64,000 bases of DNA from the human T2T-CHM13v2.0 reference genome, Homo sapiens: NCBI RefSeq assembly GCF_009914755.1, contig NC_060943.1. The stretch is one strand, 5' to 3'. Positions 17,901 through 33,886 of this stretch are shown one piece after another; the stretch's first letter is position 1, and the number at the start of each line of letters is the position of its first letter. Below the pieces are notes generated by a model. It was not told where the DNA came from, made no database searches, and worked only from the letters and a program-made list of their open reading frames with translations. The position numbers and the translations under genes were made by a program.

Positions 17901-18331
17901 CCCTAAGTCTTGGGGATGTGGCCTTCACAAGTGCTCTTGCCACTCTGCCAGCTGTAGTGCTAGTCCTAGAGCATATTCCTCCCCTACTCCCAGAGATATT
18001 ACTTTTTTTCAGGTCCCTTTCCTAAACTGCAATAGCTTTCTACAAGTCTCCTAAGGCAACTGTTTTTGCTGCTCTTCATTATGCAGTGATAGGGAAGATG
18101 GGTTTGGGCTGCTGTTGCCCTCCCCCAGCTAACACCACAAGGAAAGGCTTCTCAGGATTCACTCCCATCTTCCCTATGAGTGCCTGTTGGGATTCCCAGA
18201 GGAAAAGCCTACAAGAGACTGCAACCCCCACCTCCCTAATTTTGCAAGTCCCCCAGTGGTTTCACACTTTCATTAGCTGACATTCACACTTTAAAAATTT
18301 GTTTAAAAACTTGATAGCTGTATTTTCTTAC

Positions 18332-18464
18332 TGGCTTATATGGTGTCTGGCAGAGTCCATCCCAGGTAAGTAAAGCTTGAGTCCTGTTTCTCTCAGCTGG
18401 CATCTTTCTTTCCCCAGATTTAAGATTACTTGGTTGCCCTGTGACCTCAGTTCTCTGAAGGGTC
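18332..18464 (-). CDS. ZNF569: Candidate ZNF569 alternative exon in L1 5' sequence; ATG 18360 gives MDSARHHIS(H) in frame with the MTESQ exon
   Basis: Acceptor aataatttttctag| at 18466-18465, gggATGG Kozak, donor CCA|gtaaga at 18331; 29 nt + 43 nt = 24 stop-free codons before MTESQ. Confidence 0.6.
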
Positions 18465-20184
18465 CTAGAAAAATTATTTTGTAGTTTGTCCATTTCCTTG
18501 TTGTACGGTAGAAGTTTGTAGTTTCCTTGTTGTAATGATTGAAGCAAAGTTCTTTCCAGCTGTTTACATCCCTAAGGAGAAACCCAAAGTCCCCTCATTA
18601 CAATAAACTTTTGAGAAGTCCTTCAGTTTATTTTGTCATGGGGCTCAAAAATACCTTGCAAATAAAGTTAGGATTAGGATAACAGTTTAAAGTCAAGTAA
18701 ATTAGCTAGGATGGAGTGGGAGTGGGAAAGCATTACAAGCAAAGCAGTAGCAATTGGTAAGGCCTCAGAAAAGACGGAATTCAGTATACTGGAGGAACTC
18801 AACTTTAAGCTAATTGAGGAAATACTTTAGAAATAAATTCACAAACTAAATGTTATATTCATAACAAATGTTATTTTTCTTTCCACTGCAAAGAACTTAC
18901 TTCCAGCCATATCAATTTGTTTAGTTTCTGGACTATCATGCATGATTCCCTCCTGAAATGAGCTCTGATACAGTTAAAATGCTTACAGCAACTGCCATAT
19001 CTACATAATAATATATATTTTTTAACACTCCACTTGCTTGAATCCACGTTTTGCCAAAAACCTAAAACTCATTGAAAGCTCTACACCTGGCAGCATCTCT
19101 CAAGGCAGAAATTCTCTAGTTAGCGTGAACTAACTCACAGACTGGGGATATGGCTCTGTGGTGGACAACAGTATTTTCTCCCCCACCCCCAACTCTTTCC
19201 TAGTCTTCTCTCCACTATTTCCATGTGTCCCCGGATTCCAGGTCCTACCACACCACTTTGCAACACATGTTTAAATCACAAGGGAAAAGGGCCAATGACA
19301 CATGAAAGAAGGATATAAGGGCTGGACCCACTTATATAAGGGCACCCACTGATGGCTGGAAGAACAGCATTAAACTCTGTGGGTACCGCTCTATCTGGGA
19401 TCTAAAGTTGCCAAAGCCAGTTGCAACTACAGGAATCAAAAATTTAATTTCTCAAAAGCTTCTTTACTTTGTTTTCTCTTTAATTTGGTTGGCATGTTTG
19501 AAAACATTTTTATTCTACTCTCATACTCAAATAATAATTTGGCTAACTGTAGGCTTCTCAGAAAAACAGTTTTTCCTTAGAAATTTAAAGCAATGTGACT
19601 TCACTTTGTGGCTCCAGTGACTTCTAGTGTTGCTGTACATTGACATTCTACTTCTAGATCATTCCAACTTTTTTTTTCCTCTGTAGAAAGTTTTTGGCCT
19701 TTCTTCTCTCTTATTGGTTTCCGATAGTTGGTGTGGGTTTTTCTCATTAATCGCACTGAGCTTTTGGTCAGTATATATCACGGACATACGGTCATTTCAA
19801 TCCGTATATTTATTGTTCTCTTCTAGGAAATTTTCTTGCACGTTTTTGTTTTCATTTTCTCTACTTTCTCTTACGTATAATTCCTAAGAATAGGATGATC
19901 TATCCCTTAAACTGATCATCTAAGTGTCTTATATTTTATCTCTTAACATTTCTACTTCTCTCTTAGGGCCCGTATGTTTGAGAAGGAAGCTCCCACTTAT
20001 GTTAGTTAAACATTAAGTCACAGAGCTCTCCATTAAGAAAACTTTTTCTTTAGACAGGGAGTTGAAGCTTCATAAAACAGTTTAACTGCCTCCTACTTTC
20101 CTTCCCTCTAGTTCACTCTAAACATACTTGTATGTATACATTCTAGAAATTTTCTTCCAAAATTTATTACTTTTAAAAACTCGA

Positions 20185-20490
<306 letters not shown>

Positions 20491-20986
20491 AACACAAAAC
20501 TCAAACTACAAAAATGTTGGAAGATCAGTACAAAGAATACTTCTAAAACCCTTAATCTATATTCAGCAATTGCCACATTTTTCTACCTCTCTTTCCTTCT
20601 CTAAAAACATATACACAAACTTCACGTTAACTCTTTCAGAATGTACCTCCAAAAACTAAGAAGCCTCCTACATAAACACAATGCCATTATCACACCAAAG
20701 ATATTAAACATTCGTACAATAAAATATATTATCTCTATACTTCCCTAGTTGTCGCAACAATATCCTTTAAAACCAATTTTAAAATAAATTGAGGATTTAA
20801 TCGAGAATTCTATACTTATAAAATGCATCTTAAGTAACACTCCCCTGTTTAAACTTCTTTTTTTCCCCTTGCCCAAAATTTACTGGCTTATGGTAACAGA
20901 GAAACTGAGGTATGTGGAAATATGAAAGAAAAAGAGAGTGATGGAATGTGGAATTGGTATATAATGTTTAAGAATAAACAAAATAA

Positions 20987-21339
20987 CCATGGAATACTAT
21001 GCAACCATAAAAAGGATAAGTTCATGTCCTTTGTAGGGACATGGATGAAGCTGGAAACCATCATTCTGAGCAAACTATCGCAAGGACAGAAAACCAAACA
21101 CCACATGTTCTCACTCATGGATGGGAACTGAACAATGAGAACACTTGGACACAGGATGGGGAACATCACACACTGGGGCCTGTCATGGGGTTGGGGGAGG
21201 GGGGAGGGATAGCATTAGGAGATATACCTAATGTGAATGACGAGTTAATGGGTGCAGCACACGAACATGGGACATGTATACATATGTAACAAACCTGCAT
21301 GTTGTGCACATGTACCCTAGAACTTAAAGTATTAAAAAA
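20987..21339 (+). mobile_element. 5'-truncated primate L1PA 3' end
   Basis: L1PA 3'UTR with G-tract and CATGTACCCTAGAACTTAAAGTA; perfect 17-bp TSD AAGAATAAACAAAATAA (20970-20986, 21340-21356). Confidence 0.92.
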
Positions 21340-21384
21340 AAGAATAAACAAAATAAAACTGGAAAATCTTAGATATTTTTATAT

Positions 21385-21669
21385 TCTTTTTTTTTGGAGA
21401 CAGAGTCTCGCTCTGTTGCCCAAGCTGGAGGAGCGCATGGCTCGCTGCAGGCTTCATCTCCGAGATTCAAGTGATTCTCCCATCTCAGCCTCCCAAGTAG
21501 CTGGGACCACAGGCATGCACAACCATGCCTGGTTAATTTTGATATTTTTGGTAAAGATGGGGTTTTGCCATGTTGCCCAGGCTGGTCTTGAACACTTGGG
21601 CTCAAGTGATCTGCCCACCTTGGCCTCCCAAAGTGCTAGGATTATAGGCCTGAGCCACCATGCCCAGCC
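21385..21669 (-). mobile_element. Alu (AluJ-like)
   Basis: Antisense Alu; TSD GATATTTTTATATTCT. Confidence 0.9.
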
Positions 21670-22239
21670 TGATATTTTTATATTCTTTATGGAGTCCTTT
21701 TTAAAAAGTGTATTTTATTTTAGATTCAAGGGGTACATGTGCTTGTTTGTTACATGAGTATTACCTTAAATTACTTCAATGACAACTTTTATAATTTTGT
21801 TTCTGAATACCTCATTAGCTTCATCTTTCACTCCTTGAAAGTAAACTCCAGCCATACATAATTACATACCTTTCTTAAAATATACAAAGCATTGCTCCTT
21901 AACAGTTACTGTATATTACGTTTCCATGCCTAAAAACTATCTCTTGATTGCTGATCATCAGTTCCTTCTTGCCTTTGACCAATACCTTCTTGTTCTTAAA
22001 GAGATCAGATTAAGAACAACTTTATCATTTGATTGGGATATCCGTCTATGTAGATCTATTTGTACTTCTGTATCTCATGAGCTTAACCATCTTGTGGCAT
22101 TTATCACTCTGCCAGTGCACCCACTGATTTATCTAAGTAGGACTGTGAACCACTTATGGCAGGGACTGGTCATATGGTTTGATGTTTCATGGCCCAGCAC
22201 AACCTATATAAGAAAAGATGTGCAGTAATTTTGTGCAAT

Positions 22240-24100
<1,861 letters not shown>

Positions 24101-24106
24101 AGATGA

Positions 24107-24278
24107 AGCTAGGCGTGGTAGCGTGCACCTGTAGTCCAAGCTATTTGCAGGGGCTGAGGCAGAAGTTTGCTTGAACATAGGAGTTCAAAGCTGCAGTGTG
24201 CCATGACTGCATCTGTGAATAGTCACTGCACTCTAGCCTGGGCAATACAGTGATACCCTGTCTCAAAAAAAAAAAAAA
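24107..24278 (+). mobile_element. Alu right monomer (FRAM/FAM-like)
   Basis: Single monomer with A-tail. Confidence 0.75.
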
Positions 24279-24737
24279 GTCAAGGGATGAGACTGGTGGC
24301 CTATCCTTCCCTAGAAATGAAAAAAACAAACAAAAGGCAAAACCTGTCTGAACCAGATTTTCAGAAATTCTGGGAGATAGTCAAAGGTTGCACCCAAGCA
24401 AACACTTAACAAAAAAATTTGAGCTTCAAAAAGAAAATAAGTGCAGTGATTTAAAACACATCAAATATGCTAAAAATGATGAATATATAATGGTGATAAT
24501 AATAAAAACAACCCACTAGGAGATGCCAGGGAACCACTCCAATAACTCAAAATCATATAAAGGGAAATAATCCATTTATTCTGCCTTTTCTGTACAAACT
24601 GTACCTAAGGGTGAACAAAGAGTTGACGAGGAAAATTTTTTCTTTAGGAAAATATTCTAGCTAGTAAACGAAGTAATGACAGAATTAGAATATCGCCATT
24701 TTGTAGCCCTTACTGAAATAATGGGTCTAGTTAGTAA

Positions 24738-25148
<411 letters not shown>

Positions 25149-26729
25149 TAGTCCTTCAGCCCTGTCAGGAGCTTCCATTCCTTGATTCTACTAATTTTTT
25201 ACTGTCCTTCACTCTCTTCCTATCCTCACTTTTCCACTTACCTAGCCTAAAATCCACAGTCAAAACAACAATCAATTATTTTGCCAACTTAAGACTCTTC
25301 TTGCCTCTCTCTCACATTATTCCTCTTTGCTTCATGAAACCAACATTCTGGTTAAATCCAAATCTCCCCCTAGCCTGTCTGGCTGCAACTATGCGGATGA
25401 ACACTGCAGGAGAAAAATCACACAGCTACACAGAATAGGCTCACTTTAAATTCATAAATACTAACATTAAGTGGGTCTTTGATGGTGCCTGAAAATCATA
25501 ATTTCTCTATTCTCTGTCCCAATCTCTGTGATTTTTTTTCCCCTGTTCTTCTCAAACTCTAGCACGTCCTCCACCAATCTCACTCTCATTTGAGTCTCTT
25601 GCTAGGTACTTCACTATAAAGTTAAAACAATCATAAGAGAAGGTTTACAAGTTCTCACCAACACATCTGCCCATCTACTTGTATCTGTGCCTGGGTACTT
25701 CTCCCTCTCTCCTGTTATTGCCGTGGTCAAGCTCCAAGCTCAGCCAAACTCTGCCACTAGATCTCATTTGCTCTGGCTACTTAAGGACATTTTTATATTA
25801 TCTGCTTTCTCTCCTGTATTGTAGTTTCTCTCTCTACCGGATCATTTCAATCAGTATATAAACAGAATGTGTACCTCTTAACTCCAGCTACCATTCCATT
25901 TCACTTCTTCCATTTAGAAAAAAAAAAAAAAAGTCTTCAAGAGTTGTCTAGACTTGATATCTCCAACGTTTTCTTTTCCAGTTCTCTCTTTGGCCTAAAA
26001 TTCCACGGACACTGCTTTCAGGGTCCCTAATAAATGAATTTCATGTTGCCAAATTCCATGCTTCTTTCTCACTCCTCATTTTATGTGGCACCCGACACAG
26101 TTCTTGTTAAAACACATTCTTCCCTTGGTTTCCAGAATATCACACTCACCTAGTTTTCCTTCAACGTTTCAAGCTAGTCCCCATCAGTCTCTTTTGCTAA
26201 TTCCTCCTTACTTCCCAGAGTTTGTTATGTTGGAGTGACTCAGAGATCAGTCATTTGCCTCTACCTTTCTCTATCTATCCTACCCTCTAAGTGACCTCAT
26301 TCAGTCTCGTGTTAAATACCATTTATATGCTGATAATTCCCAAATATATGTCTCCATCCTAGATCTTAGATCTCCCTTTTGTCTCTCTTTTTGAATTTCA
26401 TACTTGTATATCCAACTGCCAACTTGATATCTCCACTTGAATGTCTAATGGGCATTCTCACATTTCACATACTATATTCCAAACTGAAATCTCACTACAT
26501 TCCAAGTCAGTTTTTCCTACATTGTTCCCCTTCTCAGTTAATGACACACCCATTCAAGTTACTCATAAAAACAGTATTGTGTCACCTTGTCTCATTCACA
26601 CTCTACCTCAGTTTGTCAGCAAATCACAGCAGCTCTACCTTTAAATTATATCTAGTACATGACTACTTCTTAGCATTTTTACTACTCTGGTCCAGATCAC
26701 CAATATCTTTTCCCTAAAGTACTACAATA

Positions 26730-28264
<1,535 letters not shown>

Positions 28265-28811
28265 TAGCTTCCTAATTGGTCTCTGTGCTTCTTCCCTTGA
28301 CCTCCCTGCTCTTTCCTCATTCGTCCTCCCATAGGCCATTCTCATCAGAGCAGCCAAAGCTGTCTTCTTAAATTGTAAGCAGATAGTATCACTTCCATGC
28401 TCAAAAACCCTCCAGCAGCTTCCCATCTCACTCAGAGGAAAAGCCAAAATTAATACTACGGGCCATAAAGCCCAATTTGATCTGCCCTCCTCCCATCCAC
28501 TTACCTTTCTTCTCTTCTCTCCCACTACTCTCCCCTTCAATTATTCTATTTTAGCCTCTTCATTAACAGGCATGTTGCCACTTCAGAGCCTTTACAACTG
28601 CTGTTCCCTCTGCCTGGAATAACTTTTCTCACTCACGCATAAATAGCTCCTTTACTTCCTTCATATCTTTATTACTACCTTTTCAGGATGCCTTCCCTGG
28701 CGAGCCCATCTAAAACTCAGACTCCTATCTCTAGTTCTAAATATCCTCTCACTTCACATTTTTTCTTAGTATTCTTCACCATTTAAAATACTTCATACTT
28801 AATTTACTTAC

Positions 28812-28972
28812 CTTGTTTATTATCCAGCCCACAAAAATGTAAGTACCATGATAGTAGGGGGTTTGTCTCTTGTTCACTGCTATATCCCAAGCACCTAGGA
28901 TTGTGCCTGTTACACAGACAGCCTTCAATAAATGAGTCTATGAATGAATGAATCCTTAATATATGAAGAACT
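28812..28972 (-). other. ZNF569: Candidate ZNF569 5'UTR exon exonised from antisense L2 3' end
   Basis: Acceptor ttctgttttcaaatttcttttccag| (AG at 28974-28973) and consensus donor AAG|gtaagt at 28811-28806. Confidence 0.65.
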
Positions 28973-29743
28973 CTGGAAAAGAAATTTGAAAACAGAACAC
29001 TACTTTAGAAAACATATAATTTACAAAAGATTTTTTTAAATGCTTGACTTCAATAAGTAATGAAACAATTGTTTTAGAGCAAATTAATTTATATCCATGA
29101 GGTTAACAAAGATTACTACTATTTAGAATATCCATTGTTATCAACAGTGTATGAGGATATAAGCAGTCTTATACTATGCCAATAATACTGCAGATTATTG
29201 GAACTTTACAGAATAATTGGATAGGTTCTGGGAACCTTTAATAAAAGCATACATTTTAACCTATCAATTCTACTTTTAGGAGTCTGCTCCCCCTCCAAAA
29301 AAATTTAGAAAAGTATATTTAAACACGTGCCAAATAGTTGCTGATAAACACAGTTTATAATTTCAAGAAGCTACAGAGAACTAAATCACCCATCAACAGG
29401 GGTAAACGTATACCATGAAATACTTTAAAATGAATGCATAATTTGTGATTGTTTAAATGGAAAGATACTAATCATACATTGTTAAACAAGAAAGGTTGGT
29501 TACAGAGCTGTATGTATAGTGTTACTGCAATTTTGAAGCCATTATGCACACATATAGAACATATGAATGTATACGTATGTATACACAAAGGCGGGGGTGA
29601 AAAGATGGAAAGTAAATTTTGACAGTAGTTGCATGGCCTGTAGAACTATGAATGATTTTTGTTCTTCGAGCTTTTCTGTATTTTTCTCCACCCCACTCCA
29701 CTCCCCAAATGGGGTGGAGTAGGGAAGGAGGAGAATGAGTTTA

Positions 29744-30206
<463 letters not shown>

Positions 30207-30582
30207 TCACACATCTACACCCACAAGCACACCCTACCTTGTATCCACAGTTTTTCATTCATTCAAGATCCCACTGTCATGCACGTTTGCACGCAGGTTC
30301 ATACTGAAAGATAAAAGGGAAAGCGCCTCCACGAAATCCGCTTACGGACACGATCCCGGGGCCACACTCAGCCAGACGAATGTCTGGCAAATGACAGTCA
30401 CTTCACGCCAGACTCTCACAGTCCTTCACACGCCACTCCCACTGCCTCAGGGAACCACAAGCACAGGCATCGCCCCGCCCGGCGTCCTCCTCCAAAGATT
30501 GGGGCACCAGGACCGCGGGCCCCCACTCCCACCCAGCACAAAGAGTCCGGCGCTCAGAGCTAGCGGTTTCCCGAGGACTCAC

Positions 30583-30900
30583 CACCAAGCCCGCGGACAC
30601 AGGCCCCGATTCCACACTTAACGCTGCCAAAGTGGCAGAGCCGGCGCGGGCTGGGACAGAGGCGGCACTGAGGCCGGCGCTGTCGGTGGCTGAGAGCGCC
30701 ACAAGTCTCGGTCCGTTACACCAGGGGCGACGCTTCCCAGAGGCCCCCGCGGCTCACCCGGGCGGGACTGGCTTCACTGTTTGCGCGTCCTGAGAAGCAG
30801 ACCACGGTGTTCCAGGGCTCACAGCTCCGCGCAGGGGAGCTCAGCCTAGGTTTTGCACGAGCGGCCTCCCGCGAGCCCAGCTCTGAGAGATTGGGAGCGC
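30583..30900 (-). other. ZNF569: ZNF569 non-coding exon 1 (TSS position approximate)
   Basis: Strong donor GTG|gtgagt at 30582-30577 at the island edge; second donor CGG|gtgagc at 30757. Confidence 0.65.
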
Positions 30901-30948
30901 AACTTGGTGCTGAGAAGAATCGAATCGTTCCGCTGCTTCCTGCGCCGA

Positions 30949-30974
30949 ACTACATTTCCCAGAGGCCTTCGCGG
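30949..30974 (+). promoter_or_regulatory. ZNF143/SBS (ACTACA-extended) motif
   Basis: ACTACATTTCCCAGAGGCCTTCGCGG; a near-copy core TTCCCAGAGGCCCCCGCGG lies at 30734-30752. Confidence 0.8.
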
Positions 30975-31084
30975 CCCTACTTCCCCGACCCCACCTGCAA
31001 AAAGGCACTTCCTTCTTACAGTCGGCTGGAGCTGCAGGTTCGCAAGGTCCGTGAAGGAAGCCCGGCTCAGTGTGTTTAGTTCCG

Positions 31085-31425
31085 TCTTTTTGGGTCTCTA
31101 CCTGAGGCTAGAATACAGCGGGGTGAAGGTGGTGAGAGCTCCAGGGCCAGTGAAGGCCGGGTCAGCTGGAGCCTTAAGGTCCTGACAGCGGCTAGAAGAG
31201 GGAGGAGTGACGTAGTGTGACTGTATGTGTGAAACTTCGGCCATGGAATTTGGAGTGGGGTTTCCAGGGCGAGAGACCCTGTCCAGTGACATCTGAGGTC
31301 GTGCGAATATGCGACCTTTTGTGTGACCATGGTCGCGTTTTATATTCTCGTGGCTGTTTGATTCTGACCTTGCAGTTTTGTCAGAGACAATGTGCATGTA
31401 TTTGTTCTTTCTGGACTTCTCGATT
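31085..31425 (+). other. ZNF570: Candidate alternative first exon of ZNF570 (start approximate)
   Basis: Donor ATT|gtgagt at 31426; phase 0 with the open 5' part of the 33803 exon. Confidence 0.5.
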
Positions 31426-31570
31426 GTGAGTGTGACAGTGTTATTGGATTTCATGACCCGGGATCGTGAGCGAAAAGTAGTGTGGCCAGACCGCCTGACT
31501 TCTAAACAGACTTGGCCTTACTAGCTGTGTCATCTCAGACTAGGTACTTAACTTCTCTATGCCTTTCGTG

Positions 31571-31884
31571 TTTTTTTTTTTTTGTTTGTTTTGTTTTTTT
31601 TGAGGCAGAGCCTCACTTTGTTGCCCAGGCTGGAGAGTGCAGCGGCGCGATGTTGGCTCACTGCAGCCTCGAACTCCCGGGCTCAAGCGATTCTCTGCCT
31701 CGGCCTTCCGAGTAACTGGGACCACAATCAAGGGACACTCCGCCCGGCTGATTTTTGTTTGTTTGTTAGTAGAGATAAGGTCTCGCTATGTTGCCCAGGC
31801 TGCTCTCGAACTCCTGAGCTCAAGCGATCCTCCCGCCTGGGCCTCAAAAAGTGCTAGGATTACAGGCATGAGCCGCACGGGGCC
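31571..31884 (-). mobile_element. Alu (AluJ-like), CpG-retaining
   Basis: Antisense Alu with J-type CTCAAGCGATCCTCCCGCC; about 16 CpGs. Confidence 0.88.
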
Positions 31885-31914
31885 GGTCTTAATACCTTTA
31901 ATAAAGAGATAATA

Positions 31915-31991
31915 GGCCGGACGCGGTGGCTCACGCCTGTGATCCCAGCACTTTGGGTGGGCAAAGCGCACGGATCATTTGAGGTCACGAG
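31915..31991 (+). mobile_element. Alu 5' fragment
   Basis: GGCCGGACGCGGTGGCTCACGCC...GAGGTCACGAG, abutting an antisense Alu. Confidence 0.85.
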
Positions 31992-31992
31992 G

Positions 31993-32303
31993 TTTTTGTT
32001 TGTTTGTTTTTTAAGACGGAGTCTTGCTCTGTCGCTCAGGCTGGAGTGCAGTGGCGCGATCTCGGCTCACTGCAACCTCCGCCTCCTTTCGCCTCCCAGG
32101 TTCAGGCAATTTTTCTGCCTCAGCCTCCTGAGTAGCTGGGACTTAAGGCGCGTGCCACCACGCCCGGCTAATTTTTTTGTATTTTTAGTAGAGACGGGGT
32201 TTCACCATGTTGGTCAGGCTGGTCTCGAACTCCTGACCTCGTGATCTGCCCACCTTGGCCTTCCAAAGTGCTGGGATTACAGGCGTGAGCCACCGTGCCA
32301 GGC
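31993..32303 (-). mobile_element. Alu
   Basis: Antisense Alu consensus match. Confidence 0.9.
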
Positions 32304-32329
32304 TGAGGGTAGCGGGTGGGAGACTGCCA

Positions 32330-33250
32330 GGAGTGTAGTGCGCTTGCGCAGTTTACCACCCTGCATCCCCCCCACCCCGCTCCCCTCCCAATTTTTTTCG
32401 GGTATCCAGCACAATTCTAGGAATTCGCCTCCCACCCATTTTGAGTAGACGCGCCACTAGCGCGTTCCCACGCACAAACCTTTTCCCTGCGGCCAACCTG
32501 CGATTCTCAACTCCCCGCCCTGGTTGCTAAGGGAGGCGCGCAGAGCGCTTGTGCCTGCGCACTTCCACACCAGCCCGTGTAGTGTGACGCTGGGCCCCGT
32601 CCCTGTGACCGGGCCAGGCTCGGAGCTGCAGGGAATCCGGACTTTCGGGCTCTCTGGAAGGCCGGGGAGAGGCCAGTGTGGGAGGACCTGGTGGGGAGGA
32701 GGCCGTGTTACAAACCCTGCGCGGAGCTGCACCGCTGCTGCCAGACACTGCGACGCCGCGACCTTTTCTACTCCGGACTACGTTTCCCAGCGGACCCCGC
32801 GGGAGTTGGGCCGGCGGCCCCTTTGTGTCCTCCGGGGGCGGAGGCAGCTGAGGCGCTTCTTTCCGGGCCCGTAAGGGCTGGGTTCCATCCAACTAAGGGT
32901 AGCGGTGAGACCCGAGTGCAGATTCCCCGAGCCTTCGGGGCAGGAAGGAGATCTTCCACCAGTTCTGTTCTGCAGGTCGGGAGTGGGCTGAGGAGTGGCG
33001 TGTGGGTCTCCGGAAGCTCGTCGCAGGCCATCTGTGTGACTCCGGTGCGAGTGGAGGTTGGTACCGTTCAGTGCGAGGCTGTCACCCCGTGTGCCTGTCC
33101 ACGTCCTGTGTGACTGGGTGCGAGGAAGTCAATGGCACCGTGGAATGTGAGGCTGTGAGTTGAGGCGGGAGCGGGCGACTGTTCGCTGCACCTTGTTGGG
33201 CCGATACCCGCGGCTTCTTTGTGACTGGGTTGTGAGATTGTCGCTTGTGA
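32330..33250. promoter_or_regulatory. CpG island 2, main ZNF570 promoter
   Basis: CpG-rich; NRF1-like TGCGCTTGCGCA 32339-32350; SBS-type ACTACGTTTCCCAGCGGACCCCGCG 32777-32801; ETS-like CCGGAAG near 33010. Confidence 0.85.
32830..33056 (+). other. ZNF570: ZNF570 non-coding exon 1 (TSS approximate)
   Basis: Donor GAG|gttggt at 33057 (alternative CCG|gtgcga at 33045) downstream of the SBS motif. Confidence 0.5.
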
Positions 33251-33853
33251 TAGATACCCTGGTGGCTGAGCCTTGCCGGTATGGGAAAGGGTGCCCGTGT
33301 GAGGCAGTCCATACCCATGGCCTCTGACTGTGGCGTGGGTAAGACGGTGGTTGGCACTGTAGTTTTTCAGACTCTGATTATGTGGGGGATTGAGTGAGAG
33401 ACTGTGTGCCACGGAGAGGCTTTTAAAGCCAGCCCAAGTCATATCAATGTGCCACCAAGTTTCAGAATCACTGATTTATTGGAGAGGAGGATTGTGGGGT
33501 CAGGTCCTCTTTTATTTGATCTTGGTGCTCTTATTTGTTAGTTCTGTGTCTTTATGTGAAAACTTACATTCCTCTGAGTCTGTATTTGTAAAGCCTAGAA
33601 CATCTGTTGTTAACCTAAGGAATTGGGAAATGATTTAGGCATCAGTTAAATTGTATGCAAACAAATTCCTAGGTCTCCATTATGCTCTCTCTATTGGAGG
33701 GAAGGTTGCAAGAGGAGGAAAGAGAATCCTAAAAAGTCTAGACTGGTGATTCTGGATGCTGCAAGAAAAGTCTAGTTTCTCATGTTCTTTTCCCCATCTC
33801 AGTCATCTGAGGCCACTGCTATTTCCCAAGAGAAGAGCCAGGAGGAAGAAAGA

Positions 33854-33886
33854 ATGGCTGTTGGGCTTCTTAAAGCCATGTACCAG
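33854..33886 (+). CDS. ZNF570: ZNF570 coding exon 1 (exon starts 33803): MAVGLLKAMYQ
   Basis: Acceptor ttcttttccccatctcag|, agaATGG Kozak, donor CAG|gtgtgt, phase 0 into KRAB-A. Confidence 0.9.

Larger units (their letters stand above)
30320..31200. promoter_or_regulatory. CpG island 1, bidirectional promoter (ZNF569 leftwards, upstream ZNF570 start rightwards)
   Basis: GC/CpG-rich unique sequence, SBS-type motifs, outward-facing splice donors on both strands. Confidence 0.85.

Noticed and set aside
30391-33442. Many overlapping 75-145-aa ORFs on both strands
   Set aside because: Stop-codon depletion in GC-rich islands, mostly non-ATG starts, no recognisable domains
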